Source: Bacteroidales bacterium
GTDB taxonomy: Bacteria; Bacteroidota; Bacteroidia; Bacteroidales; VadinHA17
Length of the DNA: 64,000 nt
Assembly (NCBI GenBank): GCA_027028505.1
Contig: JALVJE010000138.1
Coordinates: forward strand, 1 to 64,000
Direction of reading: 5' to 3'
Under the pieces are notes generated by a model that was given only the letters and a program-made list of their open reading frames with translations, had not been told where the DNA came from and did no database searches. A program made the translations under genes and the position numbers. Below are positions 26,846 to 36,019 of this stretch, piece by piece. Each line of letters opens with the position of its first letter. Positions within the stretch are counted from its first letter, which is position 1.

Positions 26846-27010
26846 TCACTTTTCCAAATATTGAAGTCAAAAAGTGGAAAGAGTCAAAAGAGTGGGAAAA
26901 GTAGGAAAAGTCTGAGAGGACGTAGAGCGATGAAACAAGAGCCAAGAGCGATGAGCGATGAGCGATGAGGAGGAATTGGAATAGTGGAATATTGGATTAT
27001 TGGAATGATG
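26846..27010. repeat. Composite short-word tandem repeat array (aagtggaaa / gagcgatgag / ggaatattggaat modules)
   Basis: aaagtggaaagagtcaaaagagtgggaaaagtaggaaaagtc ... gagcgatgaaacaagagccaagagcgatgagcgatgagcgatgagg ... ggaattggaatagtggaatattggattattggaatgatgg. The modules recur in other intergenic regions of the window in the same order. Confidence 0.6.
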
Positions 27011-27026
27011 GGGGGATTATAGGCAA

Positions 27027-27157
27027 CCATTTAATTTCGCGAGTGTTAGCGAGCTAATTTCAACATAATTACGCGCCGCAGGTGCAAATTTCGCGACCGA
27101 AGGGAGCTAATTACACGAGCGTTAGCGAGTAAATTTCGCGAGCGCAGCGAGCTAATG
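27027..27157 (-). repeat. Dispersed intergenic REP/MITE-like element, copy B (inverted)
   Basis: The reverse complement of taattacacgagcgttagcgagtaaatttcgcgagcgcagcgagctaat matches copies at 12867-12962 and 48979-49083. Confidence 0.55.
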
Positions 27158-27232
27158 ACCACCGGAAACTTCCCAACTCGCAACCCGATACCCGACACCC
27201 GCAACCCGATACTCACAACTCACAACTCACAA

Positions 27233-28225
27233 CTACTCTTCCTTCGACGCCAGCGCCACGGTGCAGGCCTTCATCGCAAAGATGCCATAGCCGTTCTCAA
27301 TATTGTTATACACCTGCACCGGCTCGACGAAAAAACCAATGTCTTCGGCCTCCAGAGCTTTCTCCAGGGTACGGGCATAGAGATAAAAATCCTTACTCAC
27401 CGACTGCACTTCCACAAAGACCTTGACGTCATTCCTAGAATCATCAACATAATTGTAGAACTTTAACTGAACGGTATAGCTGTCTCCGTCGAAGGTCTTA
27501 TCCTCTACCAGCAGGGCATTATAATCATAGGAAGGCTGGAAAAGGGGATCGTCCGTGTCCACACCAAAAAAGTACTGTCTGCCGGTATTGTCTGTCTGCC
27601 AGGCCCTCACCTGGTAGAAATTTTCTTCGCCACCAGGATCCACGATATCAAAACGGAGTGTAGAAAAGTTTCCTCCGTAATCATCATGGCCGGCAGAGGC
27701 CTTATACACAGGCTGTGTGATCACCGGTTTGGAGGGCATGGTCTGAGAGGCTGAAGCCGTACCGTATTCCGGATGGATGACCTTCAGCGTGAACTTCTCG
27801 CCATGGCCCCCGAAAGGGGAAGGCAGGTGGGCCTGATAATTGATCATCCTTCCGGAAACATCTCTGGGATAAACCACAGTATCGGTGATCTCCCCGTTCC
27901 CATTACCAATGTAGATCGTATCATAATATACCGTAGTGTCCACCTCCAGGGTATCCATCTCCACCACCACATTGCCTTCTTCGTCCAGGATCTGCACCGT
28001 AGCATCACATAAAAGAAGATCCCGAACGTTTTTAATATCCTCCAGAGAACCAACATTCTGACTGACACTGGCATACAAAACCGTATCATCATCCGTCACA
28101 TACAGGTTGACTACAATTCCCTTTTTATAGGGAGGGGGAGGCACCTGCATATAGGTCTGGAAAAAGTCCTCACAGGAACTCAGCAACACAAGAAAGATCA
28201 TACCGGTAAAAAAGATCTTATTCAT
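27233..28225 (-). CDS. Lipoprotein, DUF4249-like (partner of adjacent TonB-dependent receptor)
   Basis: Lipoprotein signal MNKIFFTGMIFLVLLSSC. About 330 aa, encoded 5 nt downstream of a TonB-dependent receptor. The TBDR + DUF4249 pairing is common in Bacteroidota, but the family assignment is by context and size only. Confidence 0.45.
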   Translation of the reverse strand: MNKIFFTGMIFLVLLSSCEDFFQTYMQVPPPPYKKGIVVNLYVTDDDTVLYASVSQNVGSLEDIKNVRDLLLCDATVQILDEEGNVVVEMDTLEVDTTVYYDTIYIGNGNGEITDTVVYPRDVSGRMINYQAHLPSPFGGHGEKFTLKVIHPEYGTASASQTMPSKPVITQPVYKASAGHDDYGGNFSTLRFDIVDPGGEENFYQVRAWQTDNTGRQYFFGVDTDDPLFQPSYDYNALLVEDKTFDGDSYTVQLKFYNYVDDSRNDVKVFVEVQSVSKDFYLYARTLEKALEAEDIGFFVEPVQVYNNIENGYGIFAMKACTVALASKEE

Positions 28226-28229
28226 ATGC

Positions 28230-30629
28230 TCAGAATTTGAAATTCAGATTGAAATAGGGAATAACGGGAAAGAGGCTGTACTGTACCAATTGTTTTTCCA
28301 GGGTCTCGGTATTTGTCTGCATATCATAATGGTATCTATTCTCGATATTCATATAGAATGGATTTTTGTGGGAATAGACATTGTAAGCACCCAGCGAGAA
28401 GGTACGTGTCCAGTGTTTTCTTTTGCGGATAAAGTCGATCCCCAGATCCAGGCGGTGATAGGGCTTCATCCTGTAGTTGTTGCGTTGTTCGTAGTAATTC
28501 ACTTCGGTCTCGGAGGACCCGCCGGGCTCGCCTGAAGGGAAAAAGCCATAGTAAACGGAATTGGGCAGGGTATAGGCTTTCCCGGTGCCGTACACCCAGG
28601 TGCCGGAAAGGTGGATATGGTCGTTGATCTCCCACACCGAGACGACCGAGATATCGTGGCGCCGGTCATAGGTATAATAGAATTTCTTTCCGAAGTTCAG
28701 GTCGTCGAACTGCCGCCAGGCCCAGGCCAGGGTATACCCGACCCAGCCGGTCCATTTTCCCTTTTTCTTGTTGACGAACAGCTCCATTCCGTAGGCCCAG
28801 CCCCTTCCCTGGGTAACGCGTTCCTGCCAGTCGTTGAACTGCATCATACTGGCACCTTCCTCGTAAGAAATCACATTGTTCATCACTTTGTAATACCCTT
28901 CGAGGCTCACCTCGACGATCCCGCCCAGGGTCTTGGCGCCTCCGGCGGCCACCTGCCAGGAGTCCTGCGGTTTTACTTTTTCTGTGGTGGGCAGCCACAG
29001 GTCGGTGGGCAGGCCGATGCTGCTGAAGGCCAGCAACTGAATGTACTGACGCATGGTGGCATAGCTCGCCTTCAGCGCCACATCTCCCGGCAGAAGATAA
29101 CGGACGCTCAGCCGCGGCTGCAGCGAGTAATACTGCTTGTTGCCCGTGAGGAAAGTGGAAAAATGAAGCCCCATATTGGCCTTCAGATTGTCCGTGATGC
29201 GCCAGTCATCTTCGGCATACAGGGCCAGCTCCCAGGCCGCCAGCCTTTTCTGGCCCAGGGAGGTATCCACCGGCACTCCTTCCTCTCCTTCCAGATAAGC
29301 GATATGAAAAACGCCCGGTTTGAAATCATGATGGATTCCCTTGAAACCGGCCCGTATGTAATGATCCGGATCCGGGATATAATCCAGGTCCATGTTCAGC
29401 GCCAGATCGTCGATCCCTGAGGTATAATCCAGACGGGTATCCTCCCGTGTCGTATCCTCCTGTGACACCTGGGAGTACTTGTAAGCCATATCCGTACCCA
29501 ACCGGTACTTGCTGTAGGTAAAGGTGGTATTGGAGAAGAGCTTCCCCGACCACACATGGTTCCACCGTGCCGCCGCGATGGTGTTGCCCCACTGGAGTTT
29601 GTTCTTCATGTCTTCCTCGTAATCCTCCACCTGATAATGGCTCTTGAAATGAAAACGGTCGTCGCCGTTATAGACACTCAGAAAGAGACGGTCTTTCTGC
29701 GAAAAGGTATGGGTGATCTTGGCATTGAGATCATAAAAATAATAACCGGCATCCCCCTCCTCTCCGTTTCTTTTAAATCCCCTGCGGATGAGAGGCCGGG
29801 CAATAAAATCGGCATAGGTACGGCGACCGGAGATAATAAAGGAGGTCTTGTCCCGGATAATGGGTCCCTCCACCGTGGCCCGGGCCGAGATCAGTCCCAG
29901 CGATATATCGCCGTGGTATTCGTGCAGATTGCCGTCTTTCATGCGGATATCCAGCACCGACGAAAGACGGCCTCCGTAACGGGCGGGGAAACCTCCCTTG
30001 ATCAGCTTCACATCACTGATGGCCGAGGTGTTGAAGATGGAGAAAAAGCCGAAGAGGTGGGAGACGTTGTATACCGGCACGCCGTCGAGGAGGATCAGGT
30101 TCTGGTCGGGGCTGCCCCCCCGCACATAAAAACCGCTCTGTCCCTCACTGCCCGACTGCACCCCCGGCAGCAGCTGCACCGTCTTTAGCAGGTCGGTCTC
30201 CCCCAGCAATGAGGGCAGGGCCCGGATCTGCTTGACAGGAATATCGGTCATGCTCATCTGGGTCTCATGCTCGATGCGGCGGGTGGCCTCCGCCGTCACC
30301 GTCACGGCTTCGATCTCCAGCGATTGCTCCAGAGCTATGTTCAGCACGGTATCTTTTCGCAGGGTGAAAGTGAGGGTTTTCCGTCCGTATCCGACATACG
30401 ACACCACCAGCTCCACCTCCCCGGCCGGCAGCGTAAGACTGTAGAAACCATATACATTACTCACCGCCCCCGAACGGCTGCGCTGATCGTACACATTCGC
30501 ACCGATCAGTTTCTCACCCGAAGCCTGGTCACTGACATAACCGCTGATGGTATATTTCTCCTGGGAGATACCTGCCAACACATTGAGCAACAGGGCCAGG
30601 GCAAGGAATGTTCTTTTTTGGGTCAACAT
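28230..30629 (-). CDS. TonB-dependent outer-membrane receptor (carboxypeptidase-regulatory-like N-domain + plug + barrel)
   Basis: Signal peptide, ISGYVSDQASGEKLIGANVYDQ..GFYSLTL (CarbopepD_reg-like), plug motifs (LPGVQSGSEG..GFYVRGGSPDQNLILLDGVPVYN), C-terminal ...NLNFKF. Start chosen at the internal Met (MLTQKRTFLALALL) rather than 30665. Confidence 0.85.
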   Translation of the reverse strand: MLTQKRTFLALALLLNVLAGISQEKYTISGYVSDQASGEKLIGANVYDQRSRSGAVSNVYGFYSLTLPAGEVELVVSYVGYGRKTLTFTLRKDTVLNIALEQSLEIEAVTVTAEATRRIEHETQMSMTDIPVKQIRALPSLLGETDLLKTVQLLPGVQSGSEGQSGFYVRGGSPDQNLILLDGVPVYNVSHLFGFFSIFNTSAISDVKLIKGGFPARYGGRLSSVLDIRMKDGNLHEYHGDISLGLISARATVEGPIIRDKTSFIISGRRTYADFIARPLIRRGFKRNGEEGDAGYYFYDLNAKITHTFSQKDRLFLSVYNGDDRFHFKSHYQVEDYEEDMKNKLQWGNTIAAARWNHVWSGKLFSNTTFTYSKYRLGTDMAYKYSQVSQEDTTREDTRLDYTSGIDDLALNMDLDYIPDPDHYIRAGFKGIHHDFKPGVFHIAYLEGEEGVPVDTSLGQKRLAAWELALYAEDDWRITDNLKANMGLHFSTFLTGNKQYYSLQPRLSVRYLLPGDVALKASYATMRQYIQLLAFSSIGLPTDLWLPTTEKVKPQDSWQVAAGGAKTLGGIVEVSLEGYYKVMNNVISYEEGASMMQFNDWQERVTQGRGWAYGMELFVNKKKGKWTGWVGYTLAWAWRQFDDLNFGKKFYYTYDRRHDISVVSVWEINDHIHLSGTWVYGTGKAYTLPNSVYYGFFPSGEPGGSSETEVNYYEQRNNYRMKPYHRLDLGIDFIRKRKHWTRTFSLGAYNVYSHKNPFYMNIENRYHYDMQTNTETLEKQLVQYSLFPVIPYFNLNFKF

Positions 30630-30753
30630 AATATACTCCTTTACGTTATAGATCTCACAATACAATAATACGATTTTTTTCTGAAACCATTTCCCTGTTC
30701 ATTCGGTAATTATTTATACTTTTGGCATAAATTCATAATTAACAATTCCTCTC

Positions 30754-33558
30754 ATGAGACGTAACATATTCTTTTTCGCGGGCTTAATGCTCCTGATCCT
30801 CCCCTTTACGATCACCGCACAGCAACTCAGTGACACCCTGCCGCAGGATCCTGATGTGATCACCGGCACATTGAAAAACGGGATGAAGTATTATATACGT
30901 CACAACGAGAAGCCCAGGGACCGGGTGGAGTTCCGTCTGGTGGTCAATGCCGGATCGATCCTGGAAGATGACGACCAGCAGGGCCTGGCTCATTTCTGTG
31001 AGCACATGGCCTTCAACGGCAGCAAACATTTCAGCAAGAACCAACTGGTAGATTTTCTGGAAGAGACAGGGATGCGTTTCGGGGCCGATCTCAATGCTTA
31101 TACCTCTTTTGATGAAACAGTTTATCAGTTCCAGCTCCCTTCCGACCGGCAGGGTCTGCTGGATTCCGCTTTTCTGATCCTGGAGGATTGGTCACACTAC
31201 CTGTCGTTCGATCATCAGGAGATCGACAAGGAGCGGGGTGTGATACATGAGGAATGGCGGCTGGGCCTGGGCGCCCAGGACCGGATGATGCGGAAATATT
31301 TCCCTGTGCTTTTCCGGGGTTCCCGCTATGCAGAGCGCCTGCCCATCGGTAAGATGGATATCGTTATGCACTGTCCTTACTCAGCGCTGACAAGTTTCTA
31401 CCATGACTGGTACCGCCCCGACCTGCAGGCAGTGATCGTGGTGGGGGACATCGACCCGGTTTATGCCGAGAAAGCCATACACGAACATTTTGAGACCATC
31501 CCCAACCCGCCTGACGAAAGGAAACGGAAGATTTACAGCCTGCCGGACAATGATAAGCCGATCATTGCCGTGGCCACCGACAAAGAGGCCACCGGCAACC
31601 AGGTGGCCGTCTTTTGGAAACACAACAAATCCCGGCTCATCACCACCCGGGATTACCGGAAAAGTCTGATGTATTCCCTTATCGGAGGGATGCTCAATGA
31701 ACGATTCTCCGAGATATCCCGCAAGCCGGATGCTCCTTTCGTATACGCCGGCTGTGCTTACGGCGGCTTCCTGGTGCGCACCAAAGACGCCTGGCAGTGT
31801 TTTGCCGTTCCCAAAACGAATATGATCAAAGAGTCGCTTGCACGCATCCTGGAAGAGAACATGCGGGCCAAGAAATACGGCTTTACCGAAGGGGAGCTGG
31901 AACGTCAGAAAGCCAGCATCCTCAGCAACTATGAAAATATGCTGCAGGAAAAGGACAAGACCAACTCTTCCTCTTACGTGGATGAGTATGTACGCAATTT
32001 CCTGGAGCAGGAAGCTTTCCCGGGAATAGACAAGGAATACCAGCTGGTGAAAGAGCTGTTGCCCGGCATTACCCTGAGCAGTCTCAATCGTATAATGGAT
32101 ATGATGCTGACAGGTAAAAATACCGAGATCCTGGTCACCGGCCCCGACAAACCGGACAACATCGTCCCCGATACTACCCAGCTCCTGGAGGTGTACAAAA
32201 CAGCCCTGGCTACACCGGTAAGCCCCTATGTGGACAAAACGGTATCCGGCAAGCTGATCTCTGAAGAGCTGCCAGGAGCGAAAGTGACTGCCCGCAAAGA
32301 GGATAAGACCTTCGGCTTCACTGAGGTCACCCTTGCCAACGGCGTCACCGTAGTGATGAAGCCCACCACATTCAAGAACGATGAGATCCTGATGAATTCA
32401 TACAATTTCGGCGGCAGCTCGCTGGTGCCTTCCGACAAAGCTTTCATGGCCCAGATGACTCCCTCGGTCATCCGGCAGTGCGGCATAGGCAACCTCAGCG
32501 CCACCGATCTGAACAAATACCTCTCGGGGAAAAAAGTGGAGGTATCCCCCTCTATCAACGAGCTGTATGAAGGCATCTCAGGCAGCAGCACAAAAAAGGA
32601 CCTGGAGACAATGCTGCAACTTACCTATCTTTATTTCACACATCCCCGCAAGGATGAGGAGGCTTTTAAAGCTTTCAGATCGCAACTGAGCAACCAGATC
32701 CGCTACCTGAAATCCAATCCGCAAATGGTTTTTGTGGATACGCTTTTCAAGCTCGCAGCAAGCAATGATCCCCGTTATGCCCGGATCCCCACGGAAAAAC
32801 AGATCAATGACCTCAACCTGCAGGAGATCCTGGATTTTTATAAAGACCGGTTTGCCGATGCGGAGGGTTTCCGGTTCTATTTTGTAGGCAGTTTTGAAGT
32901 GGACAGTCTCCTGCCGCTGGTACAGAAATATCTGGGCAGCCTGCCGGACATCCACAGGGAAGATATGTGGAAGGATGTGAGTCCCAAATTTCCCGACGGC
33001 ATCACCAAAGCGGAAGTGCATAAAGGCACCGAACCCAAGAGCCTGGTGGCCATCCTGATGGAAGACCATTTCGACTGGAACATCAAAAACCGCATCGTCT
33101 TCAATTTCACCACCAACATTTTGAACATCCGGCTGCGGGAGACGATGCGCGAGAGCAAGAGCAAGACTTACGGCGTGGGCGTGCAAAAAGGAAACACCAA
33201 ACTGCCCGATCCCAAATACACACTGCTGGTCAACTGGGGCTGCAGCCCTAAAAATGTGGATGACCTGATCACCACCGTTTTCGACATCATGAAGGCCATG
33301 CAGGACAGTCTGCCTTCGGCGGAGAACATGGAGAAATCCAGAGAGACCCTTCTGCGTGAGTTGGAGACCGACAATGAGCAGAACAGCTACTGGCTAAGCA
33401 AGCTGATGGACAATTCGATCAACGGCGATCGCCTGCTCACCAAAGAGGAGATCTCGAAGGTCATCGAAGGGGTCACGCCCGAGGAGGTGCAGCAGGCCGC
33501 CCGGAAATATTTCACCGACAACCACTACCTGCAGGTGGTGCTCAAGCCGGAAAAGTAG
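30754..33558 (+). CDS. M16-family (pitrilysin/insulinase-like) zinc metallopeptidase, secreted
   Basis: Signal peptide. Inverted zinc motif HFCEH (HxxEH) followed by ...E.. at the expected spacing. About 930 aa with two M16 halves. Confidence 0.85.
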   Translation: MRRNIFFFAGLMLLILPFTITAQQLSDTLPQDPDVITGTLKNGMKYYIRHNEKPRDRVEFRLVVNAGSILEDDDQQGLAHFCEHMAFNGSKHFSKNQLVDFLEETGMRFGADLNAYTSFDETVYQFQLPSDRQGLLDSAFLILEDWSHYLSFDHQEIDKERGVIHEEWRLGLGAQDRMMRKYFPVLFRGSRYAERLPIGKMDIVMHCPYSALTSFYHDWYRPDLQAVIVVGDIDPVYAEKAIHEHFETIPNPPDERKRKIYSLPDNDKPIIAVATDKEATGNQVAVFWKHNKSRLITTRDYRKSLMYSLIGGMLNERFSEISRKPDAPFVYAGCAYGGFLVRTKDAWQCFAVPKTNMIKESLARILEENMRAKKYGFTEGELERQKASILSNYENMLQEKDKTNSSSYVDEYVRNFLEQEAFPGIDKEYQLVKELLPGITLSSLNRIMDMMLTGKNTEILVTGPDKPDNIVPDTTQLLEVYKTALATPVSPYVDKTVSGKLISEELPGAKVTARKEDKTFGFTEVTLANGVTVVMKPTTFKNDEILMNSYNFGGSSLVPSDKAFMAQMTPSVIRQCGIGNLSATDLNKYLSGKKVEVSPSINELYEGISGSSTKKDLETMLQLTYLYFTHPRKDEEAFKAFRSQLSNQIRYLKSNPQMVFVDTLFKLAASNDPRYARIPTEKQINDLNLQEILDFYKDRFADAEGFRFYFVGSFEVDSLLPLVQKYLGSLPDIHREDMWKDVSPKFPDGITKAEVHKGTEPKSLVAILMEDHFDWNIKNRIVFNFTTNILNIRLRETMRESKSKTYGVGVQKGNTKLPDPKYTLLVNWGCSPKNVDDLITTVFDIMKAMQDSLPSAENMEKSRETLLRELETDNEQNSYWLSKLMDNSINGDRLLTKEEISKVIEGVTPEEVQQAARKYFTDNHYLQVVLKPEK

Positions 33559-33625
33559 GGATACCTGCTGACATGTCAGGAGGGACCTGACACATCCCTA
33601 ACCATCAATGCCCTACGATGCCATG

Positions 33626-33790
33626 AAATGGAATGATGCCTGCCTGCCGCCTGCCTGCCGCCTGCCTGCCGCCTGCCTGCCGGTAGGCAGGGTAGGCAGG
33701 GTAGGCAGGGTAGGCAGGGTAGGCAGGGTAGGCAGGGCAGGCAGGGCAGGCAGGGAATGATGGAATATTGGAATAATGGGAATACCTCCA
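33626..33790. repeat. Imperfect long hairpin built from tandem repeats, (cctgcctgccg)x4 / (ggtaggcagg)x6, followed by a ggaatRRtgg module, between convergent genes
   Basis: Directly visible tandem units on both arms. The arms are largely complementary (cctgcc vs ggcagg). It may act as a bidirectional terminator. Confidence 0.7.
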
Positions 33791-33864
33791 AACTCCTTCA
33801 GGGATCATCCCTGCCCCTTATTTATCCGTAACACAGGCCAGCGGTACGCCAGGCCCCATTCGAT

Positions 33865-35043
33865 TCAGTCGGCGCGGGGACCGTTCATGGTCTTCAGTGC
33901 GATATGAGCAGCTATAGCGTGGGAAAGCCGGATCCTCCCGCCCACACGCATATAATATTTCCCGCGCAGGCTCGTTTTCTTGTACAGATAATATCCCATA
34001 TTCCCCAGAAAGGTAATACGCTCCACATCATACTGCAGCCCCGCATGTACTCCCACGGACATTTTCCAGGCGGCGGGTATATCTCTGTACTGCCAGTTCA
34101 CATAGGCTTCTTGGAGCGATCCGTCATAAAAAAAGTCAGTTCCCAGGGTTACACGCGACAACCGGGAATATTGATAAGCACCGTCCAGGGATACCGATGA
34201 GGTCATATAGCGCGGTCCGCGGGGCGTGCCCGGGGGCCGGGCGGCCATTACATTGCCCAAAGAGGCCATCATCTGTAATTCAAACCGGGGAAGAAAAGGC
34301 TCCAATGGAGATCTCTTGTAAACCGGCTGCAGGGAGGGACGCTGCCCCTCCGCTGTTCTTTTTGTGACGGTGGTCATATTGTAACGAAGCCCCATCCCCA
34401 GGTCAAAGGTATTGATGCCATGTTGCGGAGTATAAAGCCGCCCGTTGGAAAAGTGCGTGAAACCCGGAGCCAGGGACAGTACCCAACGGTCGGAGATCCT
34501 GAAACAGAACTCGGGATCGAGATGAAAATAAAGGTTCAGCCGTGAACCGATCATGTCCTGTTCCGGATTGGTTTCATGATCGTAAGGCCTGAAGCCGTAT
34601 GCCAGACCAAAGGATACATCGAAAAGGAAAGAAAACCATCCTTTTCTGACCAGGGGAGCCCCGTAATAAAAGAAAAAAGCCAACGGAGAGCCCAGAAGTG
34701 AGTCGGCCCGATGCCCTCCCAATTCCCCTTTGTAAAGCCCTATACCGTACTGCGGATAGTTATGCAGCTGCTGCCATTGCTGACGTCCGTCCGACCGTAC
34801 CCCGAAACGTAACTCAAATGAATGGATCTCCCGGGAAAGGATCTGCTGCATGGAGTGCGAACGTGTAAGATGATCCCCGTAACGGTAAAAGACCTGCATA
34901 TAATAATAACGCCCTTCCCCCTTCTCATTCCCCGGGAAAAGAGGGGTGATCTCCTGCGCCTGAAGGTTCAGGAAAGAAAATTCCATCAGGATATAAACAA
35001 TGATCTTTTCAGGCAAAGGTCCGGATCTCATCGGGTGGGTCAA
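33865..35043 (-). CDS. Hypothetical outer-membrane protein (Gly/Tyr-rich, probable beta-barrel)
   Basis: Signal-like N-terminus. Alternating aromatic/Gly-rich segments and a C-terminal aromatic residue context. No family recognised with confidence. Confidence 0.4.
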   Translation of the reverse strand: MTHPMRSGPLPEKIIVYILMEFSFLNLQAQEITPLFPGNEKGEGRYYYMQVFYRYGDHLTRSHSMQQILSREIHSFELRFGVRSDGRQQWQQLHNYPQYGIGLYKGELGGHRADSLLGSPLAFFFYYGAPLVRKGWFSFLFDVSFGLAYGFRPYDHETNPEQDMIGSRLNLYFHLDPEFCFRISDRWVLSLAPGFTHFSNGRLYTPQHGINTFDLGMGLRYNMTTVTKRTAEGQRPSLQPVYKRSPLEPFLPRFELQMMASLGNVMAARPPGTPRGPRYMTSSVSLDGAYQYSRLSRVTLGTDFFYDGSLQEAYVNWQYRDIPAAWKMSVGVHAGLQYDVERITFLGNMGYYLYKKTSLRGKYYMRVGGRIRLSHAIAAHIALKTMNGPRAD

Positions 35044-35293
35044 TGGTTACGTGGTTAACTCGGGAAACATCACAAATATAATCAGGCTACCCCTATCCAC
35101 CGGAGTACCAGACATTTTTAAACCAAAATTACACCCAACGAAAGCAATGAATACTCAATACTTTGACAAAAGTATTTTTAAACTTTTACTGATAATTTTA
35201 TTTATCTAGCTATTACACTGAACATTACAGAACATCAACTACGTAGCTAACTACGTAGTTAGCTACGTAGTTACTCAGGGAACCATCCGGAAC

Positions 35294-36019
35294 TCATTGC
35301 CCCATCCGGTCTATCAGTTCGATGGCCCGGACCAGTTGATATTCATTGTGGAGGGAGAGACGGTTTTTGCGCAGGGTCTTGCGGATCTGTTTTTTCTTTT
35401 CCGGAAAAACGGCATAGAGGGTTTTCCGGCTGATCTTTTCTATCTGGTTGCTTTGCCTGCCGGGCATGAAAATAAAGTAAACCGGTTTGGGTGCCAGGAA
35501 TCTCCGGCTGGCACTGGTTACATATCCTCCATAAGTCTCCGTATAATCATTTACGATCTTTCTTTGGGCATACAACGAGATATTCTCTCCTTCGAAAAGT
35601 ACTTGTGCATAGACTGAGACAGAATCATTCTGGAGAAGCGGCTTTACCCGGATCTTGCGGAAACGCATCTCCTCTCCTTTGTCATCCCGCAGCACGAATC
35701 CTGCGGTCAGTCCTTTATCCAGGGCGAGCACCTTGCCTCCTTTTTTATCCAGCCATATCAGCTGGTCCTGCATTCCGTTATAGGCCAGGATCCTGTTATG
35801 GGCCGTTCTGCCATCTTCCAGGGTCACACGGCCCCGGAACCAGACGCCCCGGAACAACTGGCTCCCCACATACCCGATCTCCGGGGTATACCATTCTCCA
35901 CATAGTTTAGGTTCGGTGAGTGCTGCGGGCAGCGTATCCTGTCCCTGCATATGGCGGGCAACGGACAGCAACATCAGGGCTGCCAGCACCGGCAGATATA
36001 TTTTCCTCAGCTCCTTCAT
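35294..36019 (-). CDS. Hypothetical secreted protein
   Basis: Signal peptide MKELRKIYLPVLAALMLLSVA. 241 aa. Overlaps the upstream gene by 4 nt (operon-like). Confidence 0.5.
   Translation of the reverse strand: MKELRKIYLPVLAALMLLSVARHMQGQDTLPAALTEPKLCGEWYTPEIGYVGSQLFRGVWFRGRVTLEDGRTAHNRILAYNGMQDQLIWLDKKGGKVLALDKGLTAGFVLRDDKGEEMRFRKIRVKPLLQNDSVSVYAQVLFEGENISLYAQRKIVNDYTETYGGYVTSASRRFLAPKPVYFIFMPGRQSNQIEKISRKTLYAVFPEKKKQIRKTLRKNRLSLHNEYQLVRAIELIDRMGQ

Noticed and set aside
26846-27010. Possible CRISPR array (regular short repeats in intergenic DNA, also at 43330-43735, 50560-50625, 55531-55800)
   Set aside because: Repeat units are only 7-11 nt and directly adjacent with no unique spacers of 25-40 nt. 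No cas genes in the window. These are microsatellite-like word arrays, not CRISPR.
33576-33808. Two overlapping small minus-strand ORFs encoding CLPCLPCLP... / PAYPAYPAY... peptides
   Set aside because: These are translations of the tandem cctgcc/ggtaggcagg repeat array, not genes. The periodic amino-acid repeats simply mirror the DNA repeat.
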